DNA of 64,000 nucleotides from Bilabrum cf. latius (Eukaryota), in the NCBI GenBank assembly GCA_965178125.1, contig OZ237739.1:558001-622000 (forward strand), written 5' to 3'. The notes under the pieces are model-generated. The model did not search any database. It was not told where the DNA came from and was given only the letters and a program-made list of their open reading frames with translations. Below, piece by piece: positions 14,301 to 26,228 of this stretch. Each line of letters starts with the position of its first letter. Position 1 is the stretch's first letter. A program made the position numbers and the translations under genes.

Positions 14301-17300
14301 CACGGCGCCGTCCGACTTCGATGAGTCCGCTGGCACGGCCGTGGCGCTCTTCTCGGGCGTGTCCATCGAGGACGCGGACGACGTGCAGGTGACGGCCAGC
14401 GTCAGCATCCAGAGCTCGCAGACCGGTGACGCGCTGACCGCCGGGGCTGGCGTGAAGTTGGCAGAGGACGGGCTGAGCGCCACGGTGGCTGCATCATCGC
14501 TGGCCGACATGGCCACGGCGCTGGCCACGATCAAGTTCGCCAACACCGCCGACTACGTGACGCCGCTGACTCGCACTGTGCGGCTGACGGTGGAAGACCT
14601 GGGGTCGCAGGGCCAGCTGAGCAGCAGCAAGCAGGCTAGCAGCGAGAATGTGACCGTGACCATCGTGGCGGACAATGATGCGCCTGGCATCACGCTGGGC
14701 ACGGCGCCGTCCGACTTCGATGAGTCCGCTGGCACGGCCGTGGCGCTCTTCTCGGGCGTGTCCATCGAGGACGCGGACGACGTGCAGGTGACGGCCAGCG
14801 TCAGCATCCAGAGCTCGCAGACCGGTGACGCGCTGACCGCCGGGGCTGGCGTGAAGTTGGCAGGAGACGGGCTGAGCGCCACGGTGGCTGCATCATCGCT
14901 GGCCGACATGGCCACGGCGCTGGCCACGATCAAGTTCGCCAACACCGCCGACTACGTGACGCCGCTGACTCGCACTGTGCGGCTGACGGTGGAAGACCTG
15001 GGGTCGCAGGGCCAGCTGAGCAGCAGCAAGCAGGCTAGCAGCGAGAATGTGACCGTGACCATCGTGGCGGACAATGATGCGCCTGGCATCACGCTGGGCA
15101 CGGCGCCGTCCGACTTCGATGAGTCCGCTGGCACGGCCGTGGCGCTCTTCTCGGGCGTGTCCATCGAGGACGCGGACGACGTGCAGGTGACGGCCAGCGT
15201 CAGCATCCAGAGCTCGCAGACCGGTGACGCGCTGACCGCCGGGGCTGGCGTGGCGTTGGCAGGAGACGGGCTGAGCGCCACGGTGGCTGCATCATCGCTG
15301 GCCGACATGGCCACGGCGCTGGCCACGATCAAGTTCGCCAACACCGCCAACTACGTGACGCCGCTGACTCGCACTGTGCGGCTGACGGTGGAAGACCTGG
15401 GGTCGCAGGGCCAGCTGAGCAGCAGCAAGCAGGCTAGCAGCGAGAATGTGACCGTGACCATCGTGGCGGACAATGATGCGCCTGGCATCACGCTGGGCAC
15501 GGCGCCGTCCGACTTCGATGAGTCCGCTGGCACGGCCGTGGCGCTCTTCTCGGGCGTGTCCATCGAGGACGCGGACGACGTGCAGGTGACGGCCAGCGTC
15601 AGCATCCAGAGCTCGCAGACCGGTGACGCGCTGACCGCCGGGGCTGGCGTGAAGTTGGCAGGAGACGGGCTGAGCGCCACGGTGGCTGCATCATCGCTGG
15701 CCGACATGGCCACGGCGCTGGCCACGATCAAGTTCGCCAACACCGCCGACTACGTGACGCCGCTGACTCGCACTGTGCGGCTGACGGTGGAAGACCTGGG
15801 GTCGCAGGGCCAGCTGAGCAGCAGCAAGCAGGCTAGCAGCGAGAATGTGACCGTGACCATCGTGGCGGACAATGATGCGCCTGGCATCACGCTGGGCACG
15901 GCGCCGTCCGACTTCGATGAGTCCGCTGGCACGGCCGTGGCGCTCTTCTCGGGCGTGTCCATCGAGGACGCGGACGACGTGCAGGTGACGGCCAGCGTCA
16001 GCATCCAGAGCTCGCAGACCGGTGACGCGCTGACCGCCGGGGCTGGCGTGAAGTTGGCAGGAGACGGGCTGAGCGCCACGGTGGCTGCATCATCGCTGGC
16101 CGACATGGCCACGGCGCTGGCCACGATCAAGTTCGCCAACACCGCCGACTACGTGACGCCGCTGACTCGCACTGTGCGGCTGACGGTGGAAGACCTGGGG
16201 TCGCAGGGCCAGCTGAGCAGCAGCAAGCAGGCTAGCAGCAAGGATGTGACCGTGACCATCGTGGCGGACAATGATGCGCCTGGCATCACGCTGGACACGG
16301 CGCCGTCCGACTTCTATGAGTCCACTGGCACGGCCGTGGCGCTCTTCTCGGGCGTGTCCATCGAGGACGCGGACGACGTGCAGGTGACGGCCAGCGTCAG
16401 CATCCAGAGCTCGCAGACCGGTGACGCGCTGACCGCCGGGGCTGGCGTGAAGTTGGCAGGAGACGGGCTGAGCGCCACGGTGGCTGCATCATCGCTGGCC
16501 GACATGGCCACGGCGCTGGCCACGATCAAGTTCGCCAACACCGCCAACTACGTGACGCCGCTGACTCGCACTGTGCGGCTGACGGTGGAAGACCTGGGGT
16601 CGCAGGGCCAGCTGAGCAGCAGCAAGCAGGCTAGCAGCGAGAATGTGACCGTGACCATCGTGGCGGACAATGATGCGCCTGCCATCAGGCTGGGCACGGC
16701 GCCGTCCGACTTCTATGAGTCCACTGGCACGGCCGTGGCGCTCTTCTCGGGCGTGTCCATCGAGGACGCGGACGACGTGCAGGTGACGGCCAGCGTCAGC
16801 ATCCAGAGCTCGCAGACCGGTGACGCGCTGACCGCCGGGGCTGGCGTGAAGTTGGCAGAGGACGGGCTGAGCGCCACGGTGGCTGCATCATCGCTGGCCG
16901 ACATGGCCACGGCGCTGGCCACGATCAAGTTTTCGAACTCCGAGGAGCGTCCGTCGTTGGCTGGTCGCACTGTGCGGCTGACGGTGGAAGACCTGGGGTC
17001 GCAGGGCTAGTTGGAACCATAGAAGCTCAGTGATTCTGAATCGGTCACTGTTTCGGTGATTCCGGATAATGATGCTCCTGTAGTTTTTTTGCAGGCGCTG
17101 CTTATTGTATTTCAAGAGGCCCCTGGGTTGCCGGAGCCACTGTTTAGTGGCATTTCCCTGTCTGATGTGGATGACTCTGAGTTTTCTGCCACCGTTACCA
17201 TGACAAATGGGCAGACTGGTGACTCAATTGGAATTGCTTAGACGGACGCGGACGTAACGGTGGCTGCAGACGAGCAGTCAATCATTATCAGTAAAGTGTC

Positions 17301-20300
17301 TACATCCGGCATGATGCAAAAGCTGCGCCTGCTACACTTTTCGAACGACCAGCAGCACCCCGACCTGGCAAACCGCACCGTGACGCTTGTCATTAAGGAT
17401 GATGCGAGCACTGGAGACGTGGCAGACTCAGAGAAGTAGACGTCCGAGTCTATTGTCTTGGTCACAGTAAATCCTGACAACGATGCTCCTGTACTCAGTG
17501 GCGCGAACTCCAGCTTAGAATACATAGAGAACTCTGATGCGATCCAGTTGCTGCCAGACTTTGCCGTCAGCGATGTTGACGATACTTCTGCAAGTGCTGT
17601 CGTTGAGATCGTTGGTTCTGATGACGATGGTGACGTTCTTGTTGTCGATCCAGCAGACTCGGCAGTATTGGTGACGCCTGCAAACACGGCGACTGGAGAC
17701 CTGCTTTCCGCTGTCATATCGGCTTGTGACCACGAAGAACTTGCTAGCAAGCTGGGCAAAATATACTTCAACTCGACTTCACATAAGCCAGCCGTGCGGG
17801 CTAGGACGGTCAAGGTGACCGTCACTGATGAGAAGAGCTCTGGTGAGACGTCGACTGCTGCAACTGCGGTCTTTCAAAGGCTCGTGGACGTCACTCCAGT
17901 GAACGACGGTCCAGTTCTAGAGCTATCCGGGAACATTGACTAGATCTTCGTCGAGGATGAAAGCCCGGTGACTGTGCTAGAGCCGAGTGGATCCGTCAGC
18001 ATTGCGGACGCGGACGACTCCACCATGTCCAGGCTGGTGGTGTAGATCACCAGCGGTTGCGAGGTTGGCACTGATATTCTATCTCTCCCTGGAGACACTG
18101 AGTTCTTGTCGACGTACAAGGCTGGGCTTGTCAATATCTCTGCAGGTGATGCAGACAGCTGCAGACTGGAGGTTGTGCCGAGCGGTGCTGACACCGCACC
18201 GATCAGCGATTGGGTTGGCGTGATCCGCCAGGTTTCATTTTCGAGCACAAATAGCAGCCACATTCAGCCTGATGTGCGCTAGGTCACTTTCTCCATTTTT
18301 GATTCGCATTCGGATGGTGATGGCGGGTTGTCTAGCAATGACACGCTGTATTCTTTGGATGACTCGTCGCGAGTGTCTGTCGAGAACGTCGATGATCCGC
18401 CTGTGCTTGTCATTTCACAGGCTTGGCTTGACAGCGGGAGCACGAACTTGGCTATTGATGAGAATCCAGCTGATGGCAGCCACTTGCAGTCCACTAACGG
18501 GACTGCCGACGTGATCATGACCTTTAGAATCGTTGACGTGGACTGGGACGGAAGCTCCCCCGCGGCCCTCAGTATCGTTGACAACGGCTCGGATAATCCA
18601 TCCAGCGATGTGTTTGCAGTCAAGAGCATGAACCATTCAAAGCGCTACGTTCCGTACAATGCAACGGGACACCCTGTGGAAGACGGGTTGCGGTACTACT
18701 CCGAGGAGTTCCAGCTTCAGGTGAAGACGTCAGTCGACTCTTCGACCGTTCAGGATCCGACATCTGAGCGTACGTACATGATGTACCTTGACTACGAGAA
18801 TCTCAACCGAGCGGACCCTACGTCATCGTGGAAGTCTTCATTTATCGAGGACGACAGGGCCTTTCCACTGCCACTGCGTGTCGGCAAGGACGCGAGCTCG
18901 AGCAGTTACACCCTCTTCTACCAGCTGCGCAACGTCGAGGAGTCGCCAGTGTTCTGGTTCCCGTCAGTTGGCTCTACACTTGGGACAGACGATGGCACTG
19001 TCACTGACAGCGTCGGCATGGCAGCCACTCGAACCGAGTACATCGTTCCAATCAACGGGTCGTTTTCTCCCGGAATCGATGGGTCGCTCATTTCAACAGA
19101 GACCGGTCGGCTAGCTGCGAGCATAGGCGAGTACGACCAGAACCCGGATCCAAACCGTACCGAGATTGTTCGACATGCCAAGATTGATCTCATCTACGGG
19201 AAATACTTCGACTTCTCGATCCGTCCGAGCTCCCTCGCCTACGACCCCGAGGGCGACGCAGTTCGTATTTAGCAACTTAGGCTGGTGGGGTACCGCGAGT
19301 AGTCCAATGAAAATTTCACTTCAGTCAATCTTGTGATTCCTCCAAATGGCACTGTAGGTCCAGAGGTGCACAATGGCTCAACACTATTCTCTGTGGCCTC
19401 TCCGTTGTCCTGGAGCTGCGGTGATGACGGCACTGCATGCTAGCTTTCCGGACAGCCAGAGTATGGTCCTGGCTTCAACCTGCTGCAAGAAGAAGGACGC
19501 AGGCAGTCTCCCGTACCAATGACGCTTCGGTTTGAATTGGATGCTGTAGACGACTCCGACGATGCAGGCGTGACGACTGGTGCATTTGAGGTAGACATCG
19601 AGGTTGCCGGCTGCGTAGACCTACGGGCCTCCTTCGTGAGTTGCAACGGCAACGCCTCCTCGCCCCAGGGCTGTGACAACCAACTGTTGCGTTCTGGCAG
19701 CGGTGACAACACGGCCGATTTCAGCTTTGACCCCATGGATGCGTCGACGTACCGCAGCAATCAGGCCCCGTACAATCCTCTGGGAAACTACAACGAGCTC
19801 GCCTCAGTCCCGCTGCCGGAGTGTGCCTTCCCGAATGCGAAACTGGCTGTGAACCAAGGCCCTTTGGTTGTGGGAGGCTCGACAGTAGTCGAATCACCGA
19901 CTGCTGCTGCTGCTTTGCTTGTAGACAGCTAGGGTGCAGCGCTGACCGGCACCGCGCTGCGCAAGAAATAGGAGCTTCTGCGCGGCACCACTTTCCTAGA
20001 TGTGAACACGGACTTGCTCGGCGAAGGTGAGGTATTTTCTCTCGAGCAATTCGATGCAGAGGGGGACGTGGTGATCCCGGAAGGTCTCCTAGGAATCGCC
20101 TCCGCTGCGGTCCGTGTCAACCCTGCCGGGCTTGTTATCGGCACGGACGCAAACGGCGTGCCAGGATTCAAGACGACGGTGTACCCTGGCTTCTTTGACA
20201 CGACTTAGTATTTCTGCACCCCGCTGCATGCTAGTCTGAAGGATGCCACTCGGCCCTCGCTTGGATACCAGCAGCCGCAGCCGTGCGAGCACATCGAAAT

Positions 20301-21756
20301 TGCGGATGGAGGCGCCTGCGTGTGCTTCCACAGCAGCAACTCCATTATCATTCCGGCACTGAGCGCTCTACCACAGGCAGACTTCCTCCCGGAGCGGTTT
20401 TACAAGAGCGGTGGTGGTTGTCCTGAGCATTGCTCTGGCCACGGCACTTGCCGGGCGCACGGAAAATGTGCGTGCTTTGCTGGATGGGGCGGGTATTCGT
20501 GCGACCAGCGGCTATGTCCCTTTGCCGAGGCATGGAGCGATGGAGACATCCCTAGAGTCGGACGCAGACCCTTGGAATGCGGTGGAATGGGTCAGTGCGA
20601 TCGCAGCAGTGGGACTTGCGTCTGCCTGGCAGGATTTGAAGGGCCAGCGTGCGAGCGCATGAGCTGCCCAGGCGGGTGTTCCGGCCACGGAATGTGCCGG
20701 TACATCAACGAGCTGCCAGCAGTCATGGGCTACTCTGAGTGGGACGCGAGCCGAATCTAGGCGTGTGTCTGTGACGGTGGATACTTTGGATCCGACTGCT
20801 CTCTTCGCAGATGCCCGTTCGGGGACGACCCTCAGACGCGCTGCGAAGAGGGCATTACTCATCAGCAGGTACTCACCATTGCAGCACCGCGTGCTGCTTC
20901 AGCCGGATCGGGTCTACAGGTGCGATAGGGTGCGGGGAGTATCGGGCTCACGTTCAAGTCAGCTGAGGGCACCGAGTACAAGCTGCCGCGCATCGACGAC
21001 GTCTATCCGTAGACTGCCACAGCCTGGAACCGTGCAGCCGTGGAGGAGCGAATCACCGCGGCTTTTCGGGCGCTGCCAGACTAGGCAGTAGACGACATCA
21101 CGGTCACCGCCCCTGCATCCTTCGATCCAAGCACTCAAACCGGTCTGGAGATCACACTGGACTTCACCGGTAGCACCACTCCAAGCGATCAGTTCCTCAT
21201 CCAATGCTCCACAGGGTGCGAGTTGGCGGGTTGCAGACCGAGACACCTGCAGTTGCGCCTGCAGGCGGTTCCGAGTACTCTTGACATTGTGATGGCCGCA
21301 AACACGATGGTGCAGCTGCCGTCCAGCGCCCCAACGTCTGCAGTTGGGGCGCTCTACACGTTCACCTACACGGCAAACTCGGACCTTGCGTCGGGTTATT
21401 CCGTTGTGGCTACGCAGGCTTGGGTGGATGCCAGCGGTACAACCGTTGGTGGAGCAGGGACAACCGTCCTAGAGGCACCGGTCCCTCTGGGCGAGTCTCG
21501 CCCGATCGTTGTCGGGTCGACAGGATTCGCAGTTACGTTCGACTCGAGCCAGATTGCCGGAAATTCACCAGGTACAGCCCGATCTTTTGAGCTGTATCCC
21601 GTTGGGTGCAGCGCGCGGTTGGAGCGGCGCGCGAGCGCAACCACTGAGGCAGTTGAGTGTGGAAACCGGGGCACGTGCGACAGGGCCTCGGGACTGTGTG
21701 ATTGCTTCCAGGGGTACGCAGGGTCTGCCTGCTCGGAACCAGTGCAGTCGACTTGA
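8314..21756 (+). CDS. Giant secreted leishmanolysin-like (peptidase M8/GP63) metalloprotease with ~20 Ig/cadherin-like repeats and a C-terminal EGF-rich mastigoneme-protein-like region (~4480 aa, TAG=Gln)
   Basis: One frame from ATG 8314 to TGA 21754-21756 with ~22 TAGs and no TAA/TGA. Signal peptide MRKAFGVYAVLAAVAAA; propeptide HTCIHD; ADFVLIV; zinc motif HEVFH; ELEND..SHWERR; LAFFESSGWY; NDAP..DADD repeats; EGF units CSGHGTC; WDASRI(Q)ACVCDGGYFGSDCSLRRCPFGDDP; terminal ECGNRGTCDRASGLCDCFQGYAGSAC. Confidence 0.9.
10690..17010 (+). repeat. Intragenic tandem array of 16 near-identical 399-bp (133-aa) units
   Basis: The unit marker (atcacgctgggcacggcgccgtccgacttc or a variant) recurs every 399 bp from ~10699 to ~16684. 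Units differ by only a few substitutions. Diverged copies of the same domain flank the array. Confidence 0.97.
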
Positions 21757-21841
21757 AAATATAATATAGTATATATTGTTCTTGACTATCCGGATCAACT
21801 ATGTGCAATTGACTAACTATTGAATACCCGTACAAATCTTT

Positions 21842-24718
21842 TTAACGCAACAAGGCAGCAGCCTTACGGCTCACACGGACCTACCCAGTGTTCTTGCGGT
21901 CCGCCACCTCTCCCCACTTCCCTGCGCGAGCAGCATCTGCCGAAGCCCTACCGCTCAGCATGGAGCTACCCTAGCCTGGGGCACCAGGCTTCGTCCCGGA
22001 AATTACTGGAAGCCCGCCAGTCTGGGTAGCAGCTGCCCGCCCTAGACCAGCAGCGGGCTCGGTTTGCTTCAAGCCAGCCGACCGTCGCACCTTCCGCATC
22101 TCTGGCGCTGCTTCCGCGGCTGCAATAGCTGCTATGGCCGGATCGAGCCGGATCGATCCGCCCGCTCCTCCTTGCCTCAGCCCGTGGTCGACGGCGCCGC
22201 TCGGCAGCATCCCGCCCTCGTAAATACCGGCCTCGCCCATGCCCGAGGATGCGCTTTGCAGGCTGAGAGGGGCCTGGACACCACCTGACTGGAGGCCCAC
22301 GTCGCCCGCAGGGCTGGATCCACCCCCAAGAGGAGCGGCGGCTGGGTCAAACCGCGAAGTCGCAGGGTACAGCGGCGCAGGTGCGTGCTGCCCGGACGCG
22401 CTGGAGGCTGCCCGCTTCGAGACACGCTCCCTCGGGTCTCGAGGCCGGCGGCCCAGCGCAGCCTCGCGCCGCTACGGTGACATGCGTCGGCCTGCCGCAG
22501 CGATGGGTGCAGGACCAGGAGAGTTCCGCGAACGAAGTCGAGCAGGCGAGCGTGCAATTGCTCTCTGTGGGGGTCCAGACCTGCGCTGGTTACCTCGATC
22601 AAGCAGTGCCGGTGTGGCGGGAGATCCCGCGGGTGCACGCGGCGCACCGAATCCGCCCACTTCATCGCCGAGCTGCGACCTCTCAAGCAGCTCCCTTCGA
22701 GCGTCTTCGACGGATCGGCCTCCCTCCAGCAAATCGTCGGCGCTGACTCTCCCCGCGCCTACTCCACTCGCACTGCCGGCGCCAGCGCCCCCCCCCACCT
22801 CTTCTAGCCTGGGCGTGCCCTCCCTACTACCCTCTCTGCCGTGTCGGGCTGCTCGCGCAGCGGCCGATTCCACCATCCCCCCTTGACCACTGGCCCCGCC
22901 CTCTTCGCCCGCGCCGGCAGCCAGCTGCATGTATTCCGACACGGTCACGCGCCCGCGGCCTGGAGAAGGGGCAGGAGGACCAGCCGCCGCCAGCGAGCCT
23001 TCCCGCGCTCGCACGCCGGGAGACAGCGCCGAAGTGTGCAGCATCAGCGGCTGCTGCTGCTCCTCCACTCCGTAGAAGCGCCCGGTCTGCTTCACGTGCG
23101 CATCCAAATCGAGGTCACCCGCTCGTGCATGGGCCTCCGACTCCGACTAGGTGCCGCCATACGCGCCGTGCTCCTCGTCCTCGCCCTTCGACTCCCTGAC
23201 CTGCACATCAGCCAGTGCCCTAGTGGCGTCCAGCCTTGCCGCACCCAGGGCCTCGTGCACGGGGTCCGTGGCGTGAAAGAGGTCCTTGGGGGCGGGTCGC
23301 GCCACGGGGGCAGGCCTGTCCAGCGCGTCCTCCCAGGAGGCCTGCTCGCTTACTCTCCCGCTGGGAGTGCCAGTGCCAAAGCTCGCCTGTCCGGTCGTCG
23401 GTCCTGCCCCGGCAGCTGCCGCAGCCTAGTCGGCGAGAGGTGGCAAGCGCTGCAGCTGCTGCTGCTGCTGCTGCCCCACAGACCCCTGCCGCAGACCTCC
23501 CGTCGCATCTGCCTCGTAATGTGACGAGTGAGACTGATCCTCCTCGTCCCCGCGCAGTCTCGCCCCCACCGGCGCGCCGTGTACATCGAGCTCTGGACCC
23601 TGCTTCAGCGGACGCATGGCGACCAGCCCGCTCCTGGCGTCGACCATAACGTTGCGGCCGCGCGCTGCCCTCTGCAGCGCCAGCTCCACCTTTGCTTCCT
23701 CCCTAGCCGCCCTGTCCAGTTCCTCCGCTTTTTCCCTCTCCTCTCTCGCGCTCTGCCTCAGCGAGCTCAAACCCTCCCGCCTGACAACGTCGAGGTGGGA
23801 GTCCCGGGGACCGGGGCGGCGGCTCGGCTGTTCCCTGCTGACCGGCCGATCCGCGAGACCTAGCTGCTGCTGCAGTGCCCGGTTGTCTGCGTCCTCGCGG
23901 GCTGCCGCAAGGGCCTCGGGGTCGGATCGCTGCCCCCTGCGGTGGTGCCTCCTGCCGCCGCCCGCCGCCGGGGAGGAGCCCGGCGGCGAGCCAAGGGAAC
24001 CATTCGTTGCAGCAGCGCCTGATGTTCGTCCACCGCCGGCTGCTGTTCCACCAGTTATCCCGGAGGCGCCAGATCGAGTCCGGCTGCGGCTGCGCCGCAC
24101 ACCCGACCCGCTCATCCTGCTGAGGCGGACGTTGGGGCGTCCAGTCCCGTCGTAGCTCCCCTCAATTACCTAACGCTGCGCTTCTTTTGCAGCGGCCTGG
24201 GCCACGTGTCTCCTGTGCACCTGGGGCATGGCGGCTCTGGCCCATGAATCCACCGCGCAGGGCACTGGCTCGTCCTCCGCGATCCACGAACCAGTCGTGC
24301 TCGGGGCAGTGAGCCTCGGGGCCAGCACGCTGCGGTTTCCAGCTCTACCGCTAGATTCGCTGCGACAAGGCAGCGCGTGTTCTGGCACAGGGCCCGAGAC
24401 TCCCCGAATGATGCAAGGCCTTGGGCCTCGGGCCTGCCCAGCGACGCTCCGGCCGTCCAGATAGGAGGCATCTGAGGAGCCCGGTTCCCCATCGTGGGTC
24501 AGCATTTGGCGCTCAACTGCAGCAAATAGCGACTCGATCGATCGCGCGGACGCGAACGGGATTTCTCGCCTTTTGAGGTAGTTGTCGTACAGCACATCGG
24601 CTGCTTTCCTGACCACGGTGTCCACGGCATCTTGCACCGCTTCTTCGGATGCTCGGCTCTCCAATAGCCAGTCCATTGGCGACATAGGCGCAACATCTCC
24701 ACCTGTAGAGTCCTCCAT
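21842..24718 (-). CDS. C2orf81/DUF4639-like N-terminal domain protein with long low-complexity tail (~958 aa, TAG=Gln)
   Basis: Track ORFs 24170-24718, 23426-24115, 22472-23107 and 21971-22300 share one frame joined by TAGs and end at TAA 21842-21844. An in-frame TGA lies upstream of ATG 24718. Motifs DVLYDNYL..IPF and WIAEDEPVPCAVDSWAR resemble C2orf81. Confidence 0.7.
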
Positions 24719-24849
24719 CTCCCTGTGCTCTTGCTTTTTGCAACTCGACGTTTCCGTTTGGGAGCTCGAGGTTCCGCTTCACGGCGTGTTGCGCGGCGCC
24801 GTCACCCAGAACGGGGCGTGTTCTGCTCGCACTGCGTATCGTTTTGAGC

Positions 24850-26068
24850 ATGGCACGAAAGCCAATCCCTGCGGGAAAAGCTCCCGCGCTTGGTGCAGAC
24901 TTGGAATGGCCAAACATGCTAGAGGCGTCGGACCGGAGGCTCCTTGTAGTGTGAGGATTGCGTTGACCGTGCGTGTTTGCCCTAGCTGCACCTTGCGTCG
25001 GCTTGGCATGCGTGGAATCCGCGACGCCCTCTGCATTGTCAATTAAAACAACAGCACAGCTCCTTCTCTAGGCGCAGGGGGTTCTTTGCCACGTGGTGTG
25101 GGCCTTGCAAGCGGCTGAAGCCGATCTTTACTTAGATGGCAGCCAAGTACACCCAAGCTAGCTTCTTGACGGTTGATGTGGACGAGTGCAAACGAACCGC
25201 CGAGTAGAATGGTATCAGAGCAATGCCAACGGTGGTACTCTTCAGCAAGCGAAAGAAGGTTGAGTCGATGCAGGGCCCAAGTCCGGACGCTCTCGCAGCC
25301 GAGATCGAGAAGCGAGCCAAAGCGCTGGCCCCCGCGAAGCGAGCAGTGTGGGGTGCACCAGCAGCGGAGCCTGCCCCGGGTTCTTCTGTTGCTGCTGGTG
25401 GCGGGGCTGGCAGCGCAGCCGGCGGCACGTCGGCTGGAGCAGCCCCGCCCGGCGTGTCTCCGGCCCGGGCAGCGCAAGCCGCTGCCCTCGCCGCCGCTTT
25501 CACGCTGACGCAGGCCCAGGCCGTCTGGCTGCTGCAGAAGACAAACTGGAACGCTGATTTGGCGGCAGAGATGCATCTGGGCAACCCAGGGGCGGCGGAG
25601 CGAGCCGTCGGAGTTGGGGGCTCTTCCCCTGCAGCCCCCCCGCCGTCGCTGGGCCGCAGCTCGAGCGCCGACCGGGCGGCGGGGGAGGCCCCCATCTTCG
25701 GGGGTGCGGGTGCGGGTGCGCCTGAAGCTTCAGCGGTTGCAACCGGGGCCAAGGACGCGGATGCGGAGAGGGCCGCGGCAGGGGACGGCAGCGCCGCGCA
25801 ATCGCGAGTGTAGTTCCGCATGGGCGCCCTGCGATGCACCGCAGCCCTGGGGCGAGGCATGACGGTGGCGCAGCTGTTTGCATGGGTGGGTGCTCGTATC
25901 GATGCGGGCGCTCGTTTTACCATGAAAGTCAGGAGATCGGCCGCGGAGCAGGAGCCGCTGAAACCGAGCGACGGGCAGACAATCGAGGAGGCCGGGATGG
26001 CGCCGCGAGCACTCGTCCTAGTCGAAGCAGAGGGTGCAACCAAATTTGATGGCGCGAAGAAGGTGTGA
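24850..26068 (+). CDS. Thioredoxin (WCGPC) + UBA-like + UBX/ubiquitin-like domain protein; one intron 24951-25077
   Basis: Splicing GTGAGG..CAG gives LLVVGFFATWCGPCKRLKPIFT(Q)MAAKY..VDVDE..(Q)NGIRAMPT. UBA-like QAVWLLQKTNWNADLAA; UBX-like SRV(Q)FR..TVAQLF..TIEEAGMAPRALVLV. TAGs at 25133, 25205, 25811; ends TGA. Confidence 0.85.
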
Positions 26069-26228
26069 TGTTGACCAGATTATGGTGGCCTTGCCTATTT
26101 GATGTTGCAATCTTGCAGCCATCGCCTTCGCCACCTGTCCGGTGTTGCTCCTCCTCCTCCTCGCCACCAGAATGTACGACTTTTTGTTTATTGTACAATT
26201 TGAGGCAACCAATTGGATTGAATAGCGC

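Noticed and set aside
10690-17010. 399-bp array as CRISPR or satellite; repeated minus-strand ORFs as genes
   Set aside because: There are no unique spacers, the unit length is a multiple of 3 and the array lies within a protein frame. The minus ORFs are antisense shadows.
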